DNA of 64,000 nt from an uncultured virus (IMG/VR IMGVR_UViG_3300017814_000173) (lineage: Duplodnaviria; Heunggongvirae; Uroviricota; Caudoviricetes), in the IMG/VR virus record IMGVR_UViG_3300017814_000173; one strand, given 5' to 3'. A program made the translations under genes and the position numbers. The notes under the pieces were generated by a model that saw only the letters and a program-made list of their open reading frames with translations, was not told the DNA's origin and made no database searches. Below are positions 10,155-19,773 of this stretch, piece after piece (positions within the stretch are counted from its first letter, which is position 1; the number at the start of each line of letters is the position of its first letter).

Positions 10155-11204
10155 TTATTTTACGGATGGGTATGCATTGGGGCATGGGCGTCCACCCACA
10201 CTTTGAGAAGTTGTATTTCCAATAAACGAAGTTCCCAACCCAACCCAGGTTATGCCGTCGTCAGAATAGGCCAATGTGTTTAATCCATAGGTATTGGATA
10301 AATAATACCCGGTGGCTACAAAACGTGTTCCATTATTAAAAATCGACGTACCTCTACTATTAAATATCGAAGTTCCCAATCCAACCCAGGTTATGCCATC
10401 GTCGGAATAAGCAATCGTATTGGTGCCCCATCCTACTGCAACAAATCGATTTTTATTTTTATCAAAACAAATCGACGTACCTTGACTACTAAATATTGAA
10501 GTTCCCAATCCAACCCAGGTTGTTCCATCGTCGGAATAAGCAATCGTATTGGTGCCCGATCCTACTGCAACCCAACGGCCATTCCCACAACAAACGTCAT
10601 AAGCACAAGTCGTGAATATAGTCGTATTAGTTGTCCATGTTGTCAGGTCGGTGGTATAGGATATTTTCCCACCGGTTGCTGAATTTCCCCCTACACAGAC
10701 ATACGCATTGCCATTATAAAATATTCCATAACTTGGATTATAATTTGGATAGGTTGTACTTTCCGTCCATGTAATACCATCGGAGCTCATCCATAAACTT
10801 CTTCCATAGGAACTAGCTGCTCCGGTAGCCAGAAATTGAGTACCGTCCCATATAATAGTTTGAAACCAAGCAATATCAGAATGGTCCGAGTAGCTTGTAT
10901 CTGTCAATCCATTTGCAGAAATAAAAACTTGACAATGACCAACACTATAATCACTAAAAACAAATATATTGCCATTATAGCAAATAGAATGACCGCCCAG
11001 GGAAAGCCAATTGAAATTATTGTTGACAGTCCAAGTCTTCCCATCTAAGCTGGTGGCAGCAGATCCATTTCCGGTAGCAATAAATAATGGAGCAGCATAA
11101 AGGTTATCACAAGTTCCAAATACGCGAAACAACTCAGGAACAGTTAATCCCCAAGCTGAAGTTATAACAAACCAGTAAAAAAATAGAGTGAGAAATTTCA
11201 ACAT
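10155..11204 (-). CDS. Signal-peptide-bearing beta-propeller (BNR/Asp-box-like) repeat protein
   Basis: MLKFLTLFFYWFVITSAWG leader; repeated S.DG.TW; AT-rich. Confidence 0.75.
   Translation of the reverse strand: MLKFLTLFFYWFVITSAWGLTVPELFRVFGTCDNLYAAPLFIATGNGSAATSLDGKTWTVNNNFNWLSLGGHSICYNGNIFVFSDYSVGHCQVFISANGLTDTSYSDHSDIAWFQTIIWDGTQFLATGAASSYGRSLWMSSDGITWTESTTYPNYNPSYGIFYNGNAYVCVGGNSATGGKISYTTDLTTWTTNTTIFTTCAYDVCCGNGRWVAVGSGTNTIAYSDDGTTWVGLGTSIFSSQGTSICFDKNKNRFVAVGWGTNTIAYSDDGITWVGLGTSIFNSRGTSIFNNGTRFVATGYYLSNTYGLNTLAYSDDGITWVGLGTSFIGNTTSQSVGGRPCPNAYPSVK
10222..10575. repeat. Three intragenic ~129-140 bp repeats (VAVG.GTNTIAYSDDG.TWVGLGTSIF)
   Basis: Near-identical DNA GAAGTTCCCAA(T/C)CCAACCCAGGTT...TCGTC(G/A)GAATA. 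Confidence 0.9.
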
Positions 11205-11206
11205 GA

Positions 11207-13960
11207 TTAATAAACCTTTTTATTACCGACATAATAGTAATTAGTACCGTCATAATAAAAACCAACCCAATAAGTTCCAATATCGGTAGTCGACAACAAG
11301 GTATAACTATTGGTGTCCGAGGAAGCGAAAGTAAGTGTACCCCCGCTGTTAACCACCGACAAAATAATTCCCTGTCCGGACGACAATCCGGTAAACGACG
11401 ATTGGGTAATTGAGGCCGTAGCAGCGCTGGCAAGTGTACAGGGAATTAAATCCAAGCTGGTACAAGTAATTGAGGCGGTCCCGTTCAGCGCATATGTTGT
11501 ACTTCCGGTCCGGGTCGTTCTGGCAATGGTCGCAAGATTAATTGTGGACGGATTTGTCAACCCTCCATTATTGCTCCAGGATAAGGTTCCGTCCAATGCC
11601 ATGGACGGCGTATAATAATAGGTTCCGCCCGACGACAACTCAACCCATCCGGTACCGTTATAATACCACAAATTTCCGTTCGAATCAGTATAAAAATCTC
11701 CCACGCTCGGCGACGTGGCGGCCGTTCCGGCGGGAATATTAAATCCGGCGGTGTTCGTAGTCGATGCGGCGGTCACCAGTTTGCCGGTCAATGTGCCGCC
11801 GGCCAACGGCAATTTCGCGGCGGCGGAACTGGTCGCGGCGGTAATCTGCGTCTGCAGATTGGAAGTCGCCCCGGACAAATAACCGAGTTCGGTCGGCGTA
11901 ACCGCGCTGCTGACCAGATTTTTCGAACTGCCAAAGTACGGAACGGTCGAGGCGGTGGCGTAGCTGAACGCAGCGGATGTCGCAAAAGTCGGACTGGTGA
12001 TGGTCGGACTGCTGATCGACGCCGGAGTAAAGCCGAGCGCCGCCGCGATGGCACTTGAATCGAGCACAACCGGAGTCGGGCATACCCACGTATCGGTCGC
12101 GGTATGCCAGAGGCGGACGTACTGCCACTGTTTCAGCTCTTGAGTTCCAGCGGACGTGCCTTTCAGGGTTACGCCCGAGGCGGCGGTGATGGTGCAGGTG
12201 CCAGAGCCGACGTTGAGCACGTCGATCCAGCAATTGACCGGGATCGCGACATTGGCATTGGTGCCAATCGTCAGTGTGGTAGCGCTGGAACTATCCATCG
12301 TTACCAGGTGGCCCCGGTCCGTGGTTGCGAAAGTGTCCGAAGCGGTCCGGGCGGCTAAGGGAGTGCTGCCCACGATCTGAGCCTGCGTATGCGTGACCAT
12401 GGTCGTCCCGGAGGTCGTCGAGATTTTTTCCGTCCCGGCGATGGCAGAATCGGAAGGTGACGGAGTAGTCCAGCTAATGCCTTTTTCGCCGGCGTAAATA
12501 TCGGCAATTTCGGTTGCTGTGAGACAACGCGAATAAATTCTGACATCCGCAATGGATCCAGTGGTATATGACTGTCCAACACGAACGCAGCCAATATTTC
12601 CGTGTCCTCCTGAGACAACTGTATTAAGTGTAATAGCTTGGGTTTTAATCAAAGACGCATCGACATAAAAATATAAATTAGTTCCATCATATGAGAGTGA
12701 GAAAAAATGCCACGTTCCTGTATTGTAAGAGGTATCGCTGGCGTAGTAAGTAGTACCATAATTTTCAAATGCAAACTTTCCGACATCAAATTCCATGCCA
12801 AATTCTTCTCCACCGGCAGCAGTACCATATGAAACAAGACCCGCCCCGGATGAAGTAATGCTGGCCCAGCAACAGACCGTTCTTGTTGCGTTTCCGGACG
12901 GTAGTCCGCTAGGATCAAATGATAGTTGATTTTCCCCGTTAAAAACCGCCACATAACGAGTATCGAGCGGGAAAGTTGAATCCATAGCAAACGTCACGCT
13001 GTTATTGTTTGTCAGCGCATACGTTCCAGTTTCGTCAGCAAGTGAATCCTTGAGATACCACTTCGCCACATAATCCGTAACAATTGTTCCGCCATAGCTC
13101 ACCCCGGCGCTGACGAACCACGGGAGTCCATGCTCCGAAATTGTCACATCAGCTGCCGCCGGGGCGTCGCAGCCGCCGAGCGACAGATTATCGATGGTGT
13201 CGAGAATACCATGGAGCGTCGATCCGCCGGAAGCCAGATTGCCGTCAAACCGCGAACTGTCGACGGTGATACTGGTATCCGGCAACGTTAAAGACGCCTT
13301 GAGCGCGGCCACCCCATCGGCAAGCGTAACATCTTGCGGCACGGCATCGCTGCCGCTCATATTTGCTTTGAGCGTATAAGCCGGCATGGTCGCCATTTTG
13401 GCGTTGGTAATCGCGTTGGCGGCAATGGTCAGCACGCCGGCATTGGTGATGGTGGCGTCACCGGACAAAGCAACCCCGGTTGCAACATTCGAACTATTTC
13501 CCACAAAGAGATAACCGTCCGTCAAAACATTGGTGCCACTTCCGGATCCACTACCGGCGGACCACACCGCCGCTCCCGTGGTGGCGTTTGTGCAGACGTA
13601 CAAAGTTCCGTCGTAAATCCAGAGACTGCCGGCCGCATACCCAGAACTCAAATCATCGGTCGCGGTCGGCGCCGCAGTGGCAGTAAAATTCGATTTGATA
13701 TTCTGAACGTTGCCAAGATTGAGGTCCGCCGCCGTAACCGTGATATTGGAGGTCAGCGCGTGGCCGTTGACCGTAGTGGCGGAACTGGCCGGAGCCACGC
13801 CGTCAATCGTCGTCCCGGACGGCAGCGCCGCCGAACCGGAGACGGTCAGATTCTTGATGGTAGCGGTTTTATTGACACGCAGATAATCGTATTCCGGATC
13901 CAGCGCCAACAGGGACGGAATTACGCCGATTGACAACAACAGCAAGAAAATTTTTTTCAT
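11207..13960 (-). CDS. Tail-fibre/adhesin-like protein with LamG (ConA-like) domain and N-terminal signal peptide
   Basis: MKKIFLLLLSIGVIPSLLA; LamG motifs GTWHFFSLSYDG...YVD, IG...GSIADVRIYSRCLT; fibre motifs LPLAGGTLTG and ELGYLSGATSNLQTQI. Confidence 0.75.
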   Translation of the reverse strand: MKKIFLLLLSIGVIPSLLALDPEYDYLRVNKTATIKNLTVSGSAALPSGTTIDGVAPASSATTVNGHALTSNITVTAADLNLGNVQNIKSNFTATAAPTATDDLSSGYAAGSLWIYDGTLYVCTNATTGAAVWSAGSGSGSGTNVLTDGYLFVGNSSNVATGVALSGDATITNAGVLTIAANAITNAKMATMPAYTLKANMSGSDAVPQDVTLADGVAALKASLTLPDTSITVDSSRFDGNLASGGSTLHGILDTIDNLSLGGCDAPAAADVTISEHGLPWFVSAGVSYGGTIVTDYVAKWYLKDSLADETGTYALTNNNSVTFAMDSTFPLDTRYVAVFNGENQLSFDPSGLPSGNATRTVCCWASITSSGAGLVSYGTAAGGEEFGMEFDVGKFAFENYGTTYYASDTSYNTGTWHFFSLSYDGTNLYFYVDASLIKTQAITLNTVVSGGHGNIGCVRVGQSYTTGSIADVRIYSRCLTATEIADIYAGEKGISWTTPSPSDSAIAGTEKISTTSGTTMVTHTQAQIVGSTPLAARTASDTFATTDRGHLVTMDSSSATTLTIGTNANVAIPVNCWIDVLNVGSGTCTITAASGVTLKGTSAGTQELKQWQYVRLWHTATDTWVCPTPVVLDSSAIAAALGFTPASISSPTITSPTFATSAAFSYATASTVPYFGSSKNLVSSAVTPTELGYLSGATSNLQTQITAATSSAAAKLPLAGGTLTGKLVTAASTTNTAGFNIPAGTAATSPSVGDFYTDSNGNLWYYNGTGWVELSSGGTYYYTPSMALDGTLSWSNNGGLTNPSTINLATIARTTRTGSTTYALNGTASITCTSLDLIPCTLASAATASITQSSFTGLSSGQGIILSVVNSGGTLTFASSDTNSYTLLSTTDIGTYWVGFYYDGTNYYYVGNKKVY

Positions 13961-13970
13961 AAGTTTATCC

Positions 13971-14240
13971 TTATTGTGCATTATTTAAAATTTCATATTG
14001 TTCTCTGGTCATTGTATCTCTGGCATCAGGACTATAAGTAAGGTGATCAACGGTTTTATTTTCACCTTTCAATCCGACATTGAATGCTTGCTGTTGCGAC
14101 ACGATTTTTTTAGCAAAATGAGAAAAATCGAGGCGCAACGTATGCCATTGCCAAGCTAAAAAAATCATACCGGCAACAATCACCAACAGTTGAAAAATCA
14201 GAAAACTTCCAAATACCCAATTGTCATTTTTTGTTTTCAT
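13971..14240 (-). CDS. Small membrane-anchored protein
   Basis: One TM helix; AT-rich; has an RBS. Confidence 0.6.
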   Translation of the reverse strand: MKTKNDNWVFGSFLIFQLLVIVAGMIFLAWQWHTLRLDFSHFAKKIVSQQQAFNVGLKGENKTVDHLTYSPDARDTMTREQYEILNNAQ

Positions 14241-14255
14241 CTTATTTCCTTCCCA

Positions 14256-16262
14256 TTAAAAGCTTCGGGCAACATTGATGGTGGCTTTCACGGCACCGGT
14301 CGGCGCCGGCGTGGCGGCCGGGGTGATGGTCAGACATTGATAACCGTCGTCGTCGATGGACGTGGTAATATTTTCCAAATCAAACGCGCCGATAAACGTA
14401 GTCTCGTCATGCGTCGATCGACTACCCGTCATCGGCAACAGGTCAACGGTCGTGTTTCCGTCGTTGCTCAGCCAGAATTGCTGGAGCAGTTTTTCGCCGT
14501 CGGCATCGATCCGCAGGTCGACAAGATAGTTTTTATGGGCAGTAACCAGCCCGATTTGAACCGGCGAACCGGTTCCGGCAGTCAATGTGGCGGACGCGGC
14601 GCCGACGACATGACTGCCGAGATAAGCGCCGGAACTCCAGGTGGTCCCGCCGTCCACGCTGAAGCGGATGTAGGTATCGGACCAGCCGGTATCGATGTTA
14701 CTTTTCCAGGTTGCGCAGTCGGCGGAATATTGAATCTGGACGTTGTAGGCAATGACCCGAACCGAGGCAGGATTGTCCATTTTACCGTTATTGATCCAAG
14801 ACAACATGCCGGTCGAGGCATTGATCGACGGCGTGAAATAATAAGAATCGCTTTTCAGATTGCCGAACAGCGTCCATCCGGAAAGCGTGTAATAATACAA
14901 TGGATATAGTTCGCCGGTTATGCCGGTTTTGATCAGACAGAAGTCGCCGAGCCGGGCGCTGGCCGGCAACGTCGTTGCAATAGTGATCGCGGTCCCGTCT
15001 TCGCCCTTGATGTCAGTAGGATCCGACCAGTCGCCGGCGGTCGCGGAATTCTTACGATAGAGACAGGCAGTGTCGCTGGCCAGAAACATAAAACCTTCCG
15101 CTTCGGAATCGTAGTTGCCGATCTGCGAATAAGGTTTGATTATGTCGGCATGCAGTCCTTCACCCTGCGCTCCCGTGGCACCGGTAGCCCCGGCAGCACC
15201 CGTAGCGCCTTTGTCACCGACAAACTTTTTTCCGGAGCTCCAGGTGATCCCGCCGTCCACGCTGAACCGGATGTATTCGTCGGCATCGACCACCAGCGTA
15301 TCGTGCCAGGATTCGTTATCGGCGGAAAACTGGATTTCGACTTCCGGCGCATCGGCTCCGGCCTCTCCAGCAGCTCCGTCCGCCCCAGCGGCGCCAGCCG
15401 CGCCGTCTTTTCCTTTGCTGACGATCAGCAGCCAAGCGGCGGTTGACGTATCGGGTTCGTTGCCGAGATTGCCGGCGATAATCGAGGCATAAAGACTGCC
15501 GTTGTAGGTGACCGCCTCGTTCAGCGCATAAGTAGTGGCAGCGGAATAAGCGCCTTTCGGCACATAACCGGTACCATTGGTCCCCGTGGTTCCGGCCGGG
15601 CCGGTCGGAATCTTGATTGCGATCCCGTAATTTGCGCCCTGGTCGAAACTCATATGCAGATAATAGTCGGTGGCGCGCTGCGTGTCGCTCCAGTCGGTTG
15701 AGCCGTCCGGTCCGAACTGGATCTTGACGCCGGAGGCCAGCAACGAATTGATTTGCACGGCGGTATATTGTCCGTCCGCCACCGAGGTCGGGGATCCGGT
15801 GCCGGGTAGCGTCCGCCGGTTGTAAACGACGATCGACGACAGCAGCACGAAGCCGGGACTGGTTTGCCCGGACAGAAAACCGTCCAGTTCGACGCCAAGC
15901 GTCATGCTTTCGCTGGTCCCGATCGCGGCAATCAGTTCCGCCGTATTGGTATCGGCCAGCGTGACCTGGACTTCCGCGCCGGTGAAATCGTCGTCGCTGA
16001 CGGCGACCACGCTGACGGTCGAGCTGTCCAACTGCGGCGTGGTCGAGGTGTCCCAATCGTTGGCGACGGCGAAATACCAGGTCAGCAGATCCGCTAATTC
16101 CGCCACCGTGTAGGCGGTGCCGTCGGCATGAAGAAACCGATAAGCCAGAATGCAGCTGAGGCCACGGGTAATCGACGGCGTGGTCGACAGCCGGTTGCCG
16201 GTGGCATCGCAGACATAGCCTTTGACACCGTCGATCTGCAGATAGACAATGGTTTTTTGCAT
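14256..16262 (-). CDS. Tail fibre protein with collagen-like Gly-X-Y stretches and a carbohydrate-binding-like motif
   Basis: GAAGAAGADGAAGEAG; KGAYSAATTYALNEAVTYNGSLY; three QFS.D...W...YIRFS.DGG.TWS repeats. Confidence 0.75.
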   Translation of the reverse strand: MQKTIVYLQIDGVKGYVCDATGNRLSTTPSITRGLSCILAYRFLHADGTAYTVAELADLLTWYFAVANDWDTSTTPQLDSSTVSVVAVSDDDFTGAEVQVTLADTNTAELIAAIGTSESMTLGVELDGFLSGQTSPGFVLLSSIVVYNRRTLPGTGSPTSVADGQYTAVQINSLLASGVKIQFGPDGSTDWSDTQRATDYYLHMSFDQGANYGIAIKIPTGPAGTTGTNGTGYVPKGAYSAATTYALNEAVTYNGSLYASIIAGNLGNEPDTSTAAWLLIVSKGKDGAAGAAGADGAAGEAGADAPEVEIQFSADNESWHDTLVVDADEYIRFSVDGGITWSSGKKFVGDKGATGAAGATGATGAQGEGLHADIIKPYSQIGNYDSEAEGFMFLASDTACLYRKNSATAGDWSDPTDIKGEDGTAITIATTLPASARLGDFCLIKTGITGELYPLYYYTLSGWTLFGNLKSDSYYFTPSINASTGMLSWINNGKMDNPASVRVIAYNVQIQYSADCATWKSNIDTGWSDTYIRFSVDGGTTWSSGAYLGSHVVGAASATLTAGTGSPVQIGLVTAHKNYLVDLRIDADGEKLLQQFWLSNDGNTTVDLLPMTGSRSTHDETTFIGAFDLENITTSIDDDGYQCLTITPAATPAPTGAVKATINVARSF

Positions 16263-16265
16263 GAT

Positions 16266-17357
16266 TCAACCCCTGAAATTAAAATGATGATCGACCAGTG
16301 CGTACAGCGTGACGGCATCGGCGTTGCCGAACGACGTGGTATAGCTGTAAGTAAGGTCGAAACTTTTGACTTTAATTGCTTCGCAGGACAGCTCCGGCAT
16401 TTCTTTAATGAGCACCTGGTAGGTGGCGCCGGACGCCAGTTCCGGAACGATCAGCGTCTGTTGGCCGACCACGTTTCCATTCTGCGTACCGGTCAGATAC
16501 GCTTCCCAGGCGGGCGTACGGTAGGCGCTGGAATTGACGAACCGGAAATAGAGCCGGTCGACGCTTTTTTTTGCCCACGCGCTGGCGTCGTCGGTGCCGG
16601 TACCGCCGCCGCCCCGGTGTCCGCAGCCGCTGTTTCCGGAAATGGCAACGGTCGTTTTGTCCACTGCTTCACCCTCCCATTCCGCCGAGGGAAATTTGTC
16701 TTCCACATAGGCCGCCATCCGTTCCGACTGCACCTGATCACCGAGGCTCGCCTCGGTGACGTAAGAATTGGTATCGCCATTCAAGGTCTCCGAGTGCCCG
16801 ACCGTCCAGGACCCGGAACCGAGCCACGGATCGAACGTGGAAAAGGCCTGGGCCAGAGAACAGGAGGCGGACTTGGTTTCTTTGTAGAATCCCCATTTCG
16901 ACGAGGGAAAATTGACCTTGTCCACGGTATACAGCAATTGATTGATGAGCGCATAGATCTGCTTGAACCATTCGGTCTGATTCCAGCAATATTGCGCCGG
17001 ATCGAGCAGCCGCGTCAGGTTCAGATATTTCCCCAGCGTATCCCGGGTCCACATCGGAATCGCGGTAAAAGACGTGGTCACGCCGTGCAATTTAGTGTAA
17101 TCGGCAAAAAAAGGAATTAATTCCAGCACGGCGGAGTGAAACTTGGCCAGTGCTGAATAACTCAAGCGGCGGTACGGATAGGGCGTAATCGCCGGAGCGC
17201 TCAAGGCAATGGCCAGCGATTCATCGACGTCCCGAGCGCGTTCCAGCAATGCCCGACGAATAGCGTCGGCATACCGGGCCTTGCGCGTCAACGGCGCCGT
17301 CCAAGTCATTGATTGCGATGTCCAGGAATATGGCGCGATATAGTCGATTACAGCCAT
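16266..17357 (-). CDS. Hypothetical tail-region protein
   Basis: Position and tight gene packing. Confidence 0.65.
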   Translation of the reverse strand: MAVIDYIAPYSWTSQSMTWTAPLTRKARYADAIRRALLERARDVDESLAIALSAPAITPYPYRRLSYSALAKFHSAVLELIPFFADYTKLHGVTTSFTAIPMWTRDTLGKYLNLTRLLDPAQYCWNQTEWFKQIYALINQLLYTVDKVNFPSSKWGFYKETKSASCSLAQAFSTFDPWLGSGSWTVGHSETLNGDTNSYVTEASLGDQVQSERMAAYVEDKFPSAEWEGEAVDKTTVAISGNSGCGHRGGGGTGTDDASAWAKKSVDRLYFRFVNSSAYRTPAWEAYLTGTQNGNVVGQQTLIVPELASGATYQVLIKEMPELSCEAIKVKSFDLTYSYTTSFGNADAVTLYALVDHHFNFRG

Positions 17358-18202
17358 AGTCCCGCCTTCCCGAGCAACTCGGTTTCGGTGTTATCGCCGA
17401 TGACATACTGGTCAAAGACCAGCGTAAAATTCATCGATTCGTCGCCGGCATCCGCCGACGTGTGCCACTTGAAAATATTTTTACCGTCGGAAGTTATTTC
17501 ATCGCATTGATACCAGCCGGAAGTATCACCGTAAGTTCCCAGCACCCAGACTTTGTGTTCAACGTCAAAATGGATATCGCCATCGCCATAGGTATAATAG
17601 CCGTTGCTGTCTTTTTTCAGACTGCGGACATAAGTATCCGAAGCATCGTCGGCATCCTTGAACTGCGGCAGCCCGACCACCTTATCGGCTTTGTTTTCCG
17701 TCCCCTGAAATTCATAAATGCCGACCGGCGCCGTGCCGCCGGATCCGCTATGAAGCCAATAGTCGAACGTCGAAGTCACCGCCAGAGTGGGTCCGTTATA
17801 GGCATCCTGCACGGTCCCCCGCAGCGAACCGCGTCCGACATAGACGTCGCCCTTGGCCGAATACCAGGCGTCACCGGTGTATTTGCCGTTGTCGTCGCTC
17901 CATTCCTCGGTCGTGCCGTATCCGGGATTGGCGGTAATCACCCAGGTTCCGTCGTACCAGAGCGCCAAGCCGTTGCCGCCGGACCAGTAGACATAGCCGT
18001 TGACCGGCAGATAGACGGGGGTAAACGCCACGCCTCCGATAGCGAACGACGGTCCGAACGACGCGGAAATCACCCATTTCCCGTTGAGTTGAAACAGAAA
18101 ATAGCCGGCATCGGCACCGGTGCCGACCCAGAACGTGTCGCCGAACGAATAGTTGGGAATCAGCGGCATCCGCAAAGTCAGATTGGATTTGCGCCAGGCC
18201 AT
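17348..18202 (-). CDS. Hypothetical tail-region protein (Trp/Tyr/Gly-rich)
   Basis: Position and overlaps. Confidence 0.65.
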   Translation of the reverse strand: MAWRKSNLTLRMPLIPNYSFGDTFWVGTGADAGYFLFQLNGKWVISASFGPSFAIGGVAFTPVYLPVNGYVYWSGGNGLALWYDGTWVITANPGYGTTEEWSDDNGKYTGDAWYSAKGDVYVGRGSLRGTVQDAYNGPTLAVTSTFDYWLHSGSGGTAPVGIYEFQGTENKADKVVGLPQFKDADDASDTYVRSLKKDSNGYYTYGDGDIHFDVEHKVWVLGTYGDTSGWYQCDEITSDGKNIFKWHTSADAGDESMNFTLVFDQYVIGDNTETELLGKAGLWL

Positions 18203-18939
18203 CAGTCCGATCCTCCCGTCACCGATACCAGCGCCTCGTCGCCGACCGTCCAGGTGCCGGACGGAACGGTGTCGGCGAACAAGCCGTCGATCACTTCGAA
18301 ATACCCGGTCCCGGTCTTAGCGTTGCCCTTGCCGTTGGCATAGATATCGCAGGGATAGCGGCCGGCGCTGTCGCCGCCGGTGATCTGCAGCGCCACGGCG
18401 GTATTGCCGGAACAAGATCCGCTTCCCAGCTGCACGACCGCATACGATTCGTCTCCGGTCAATGCCGAAAGGATCCGGCACGGTCCGGCATCGGCGCTTT
18501 GCAGAATGCCGTTGGCCCCCGGTCTGGCAAACCGATGCGACGAGTTGGTAATTTTGATCCGGGCGGGAGTAACGCCGACGATGCGCGCCAGGCCGACGCC
18601 GTCCGCCGGAATCGGCTCTTGAGTAATCGCAAACGGCTGCTGCACGGATTCCACCGTCAAATCCACCGCCATCGCCGGCGGCGCATCGGAAAAAAGCAAA
18701 GCATCGTTTACAGTCGTAATATCGCGGACCGGGGCGACGATCATCGCCAGACAAAACACCGGCAATGCGGACGATTCCAGATTGTGCACCAGCACCAGTC
18801 CGTCCGGCAGACCGGCTCCGGCCATTCCGGACAGCATTTTTCCGCGTCCATCCAGTTCCGTCTGAGCGTCGGCAATGGCGTTATACGCCTCGGCGCTGAA
18901 TTCAAATTTGTCGCCGTTAAGAACTTTGCGAATGCTCAT
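18202..18939 (-). CDS. Hypothetical tail protein
   Basis: ATGA-coupled start MSIRKVLNG. Confidence 0.65.
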   Translation of the reverse strand: MSIRKVLNGDKFEFSAEAYNAIADAQTELDGRGKMLSGMAGAGLPDGLVLVHNLESSALPVFCLAMIVAPVRDITTVNDALLFSDAPPAMAVDLTVESVQQPFAITQEPIPADGVGLARIVGVTPARIKITNSSHRFARPGANGILQSADAGPCRILSALTGDESYAVVQLGSGSCSGNTAVALQITGGDSAGRYPCDIYANGKGNAKTGTGYFEVIDGLFADTVPSGTWTVGDEALVSVTGGSD

Positions 18940-19766
18940 TTTCCGATCCCCAGTTGAGAAAAATCGCAGGACAGATAGACCCGTTCGATGTAAACCGCAT
19001 CCGGCCGATGCAATACTTCGCTGCCGACCAGCACTTTTTTGTATTTGACCCACATGTAGTCCCAGCCGGCCTTGAACTTGACGGTGATCGCCGCGGCCCC
19101 CGAACCGACGGTAAAATCGGAGCGGTTCGGCGACGCGGAAAATTTATAAGTCAGTTCCCAGCGGGATTTTTTACTGTTTTTCGCGCCGGAGACGCCGAGC
19201 AGCAGCACCTCGCCTTCGTCGTACGACCGGAACGAAGCATTGTTGACGTGCCCGACCCGTACTTTCAGGTTGTTTCGGAACAATGCGGTCAATTGCGCAT
19301 CGGTGAAATAATGCGTTTCGCTCCAGTTGAACGTCGGCAGAATGATATCGACGCCTTTGACCTGGTGTCCGTCGTATTCGATCGCGCCGCCATAATCGGT
19401 CGCAGTCGCGGGATAGATGCCGCGGGTGGCAATCGACTGCGTAATGTGCTGGGTAGCGGATCCGGTGTCGAACGCCATCGAATAATTCAGCGAGGTATCT
19501 TTCAGCGATGACAGATCGGTGGCATCGTACTGATAGCGGGCAATAACTTTAAATGTCGAATCATTGATCCGGGAATCGACGCGGATGGTCTGCAAAGCCA
19601 TATCGTTATAATAATAGGACACGTTGCTATAGGCATATTTTACCGCCGCGTCCTCGTCGTCCGCGTTAAAAACGAAATAAGGGATTTCCGCAGCCGTCTG
19701 ATCGCCGGAGTTGTTCAACTCCAGTGAACGATCATAAAATCCCGGTTGAATCGATGTATCCGCCAT
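18936..19766 (-). CDS. Putative distal-tail/tail-tip protein
   Basis: Lies immediately after the tape measure gene. Confidence 0.6.
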   Translation of the reverse strand: MADTSIQPGFYDRSLELNNSGDQTAAEIPYFVFNADDEDAAVKYAYSNVSYYYNDMALQTIRVDSRINDSTFKVIARYQYDATDLSSLKDTSLNYSMAFDTGSATQHITQSIATRGIYPATATDYGGAIEYDGHQVKGVDIILPTFNWSETHYFTDAQLTALFRNNLKVRVGHVNNASFRSYDEGEVLLLGVSGAKNSKKSRWELTYKFSASPNRSDFTVGSGAAAITVKFKAGWDYMWVKYKKVLVGSEVLHRPDAVYIERVYLSCDFSQLGIGK

Positions 19767-19773
19767 GGCTTCC

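Noticed and set aside
10222..10575. Near-identical repeats as a DGR template/variable pair or a CRISPR array
   Set aside because: They are in-frame propeller blades. Mismatches are not adenine-specific, and no reverse transcriptase or cas gene is in the window.
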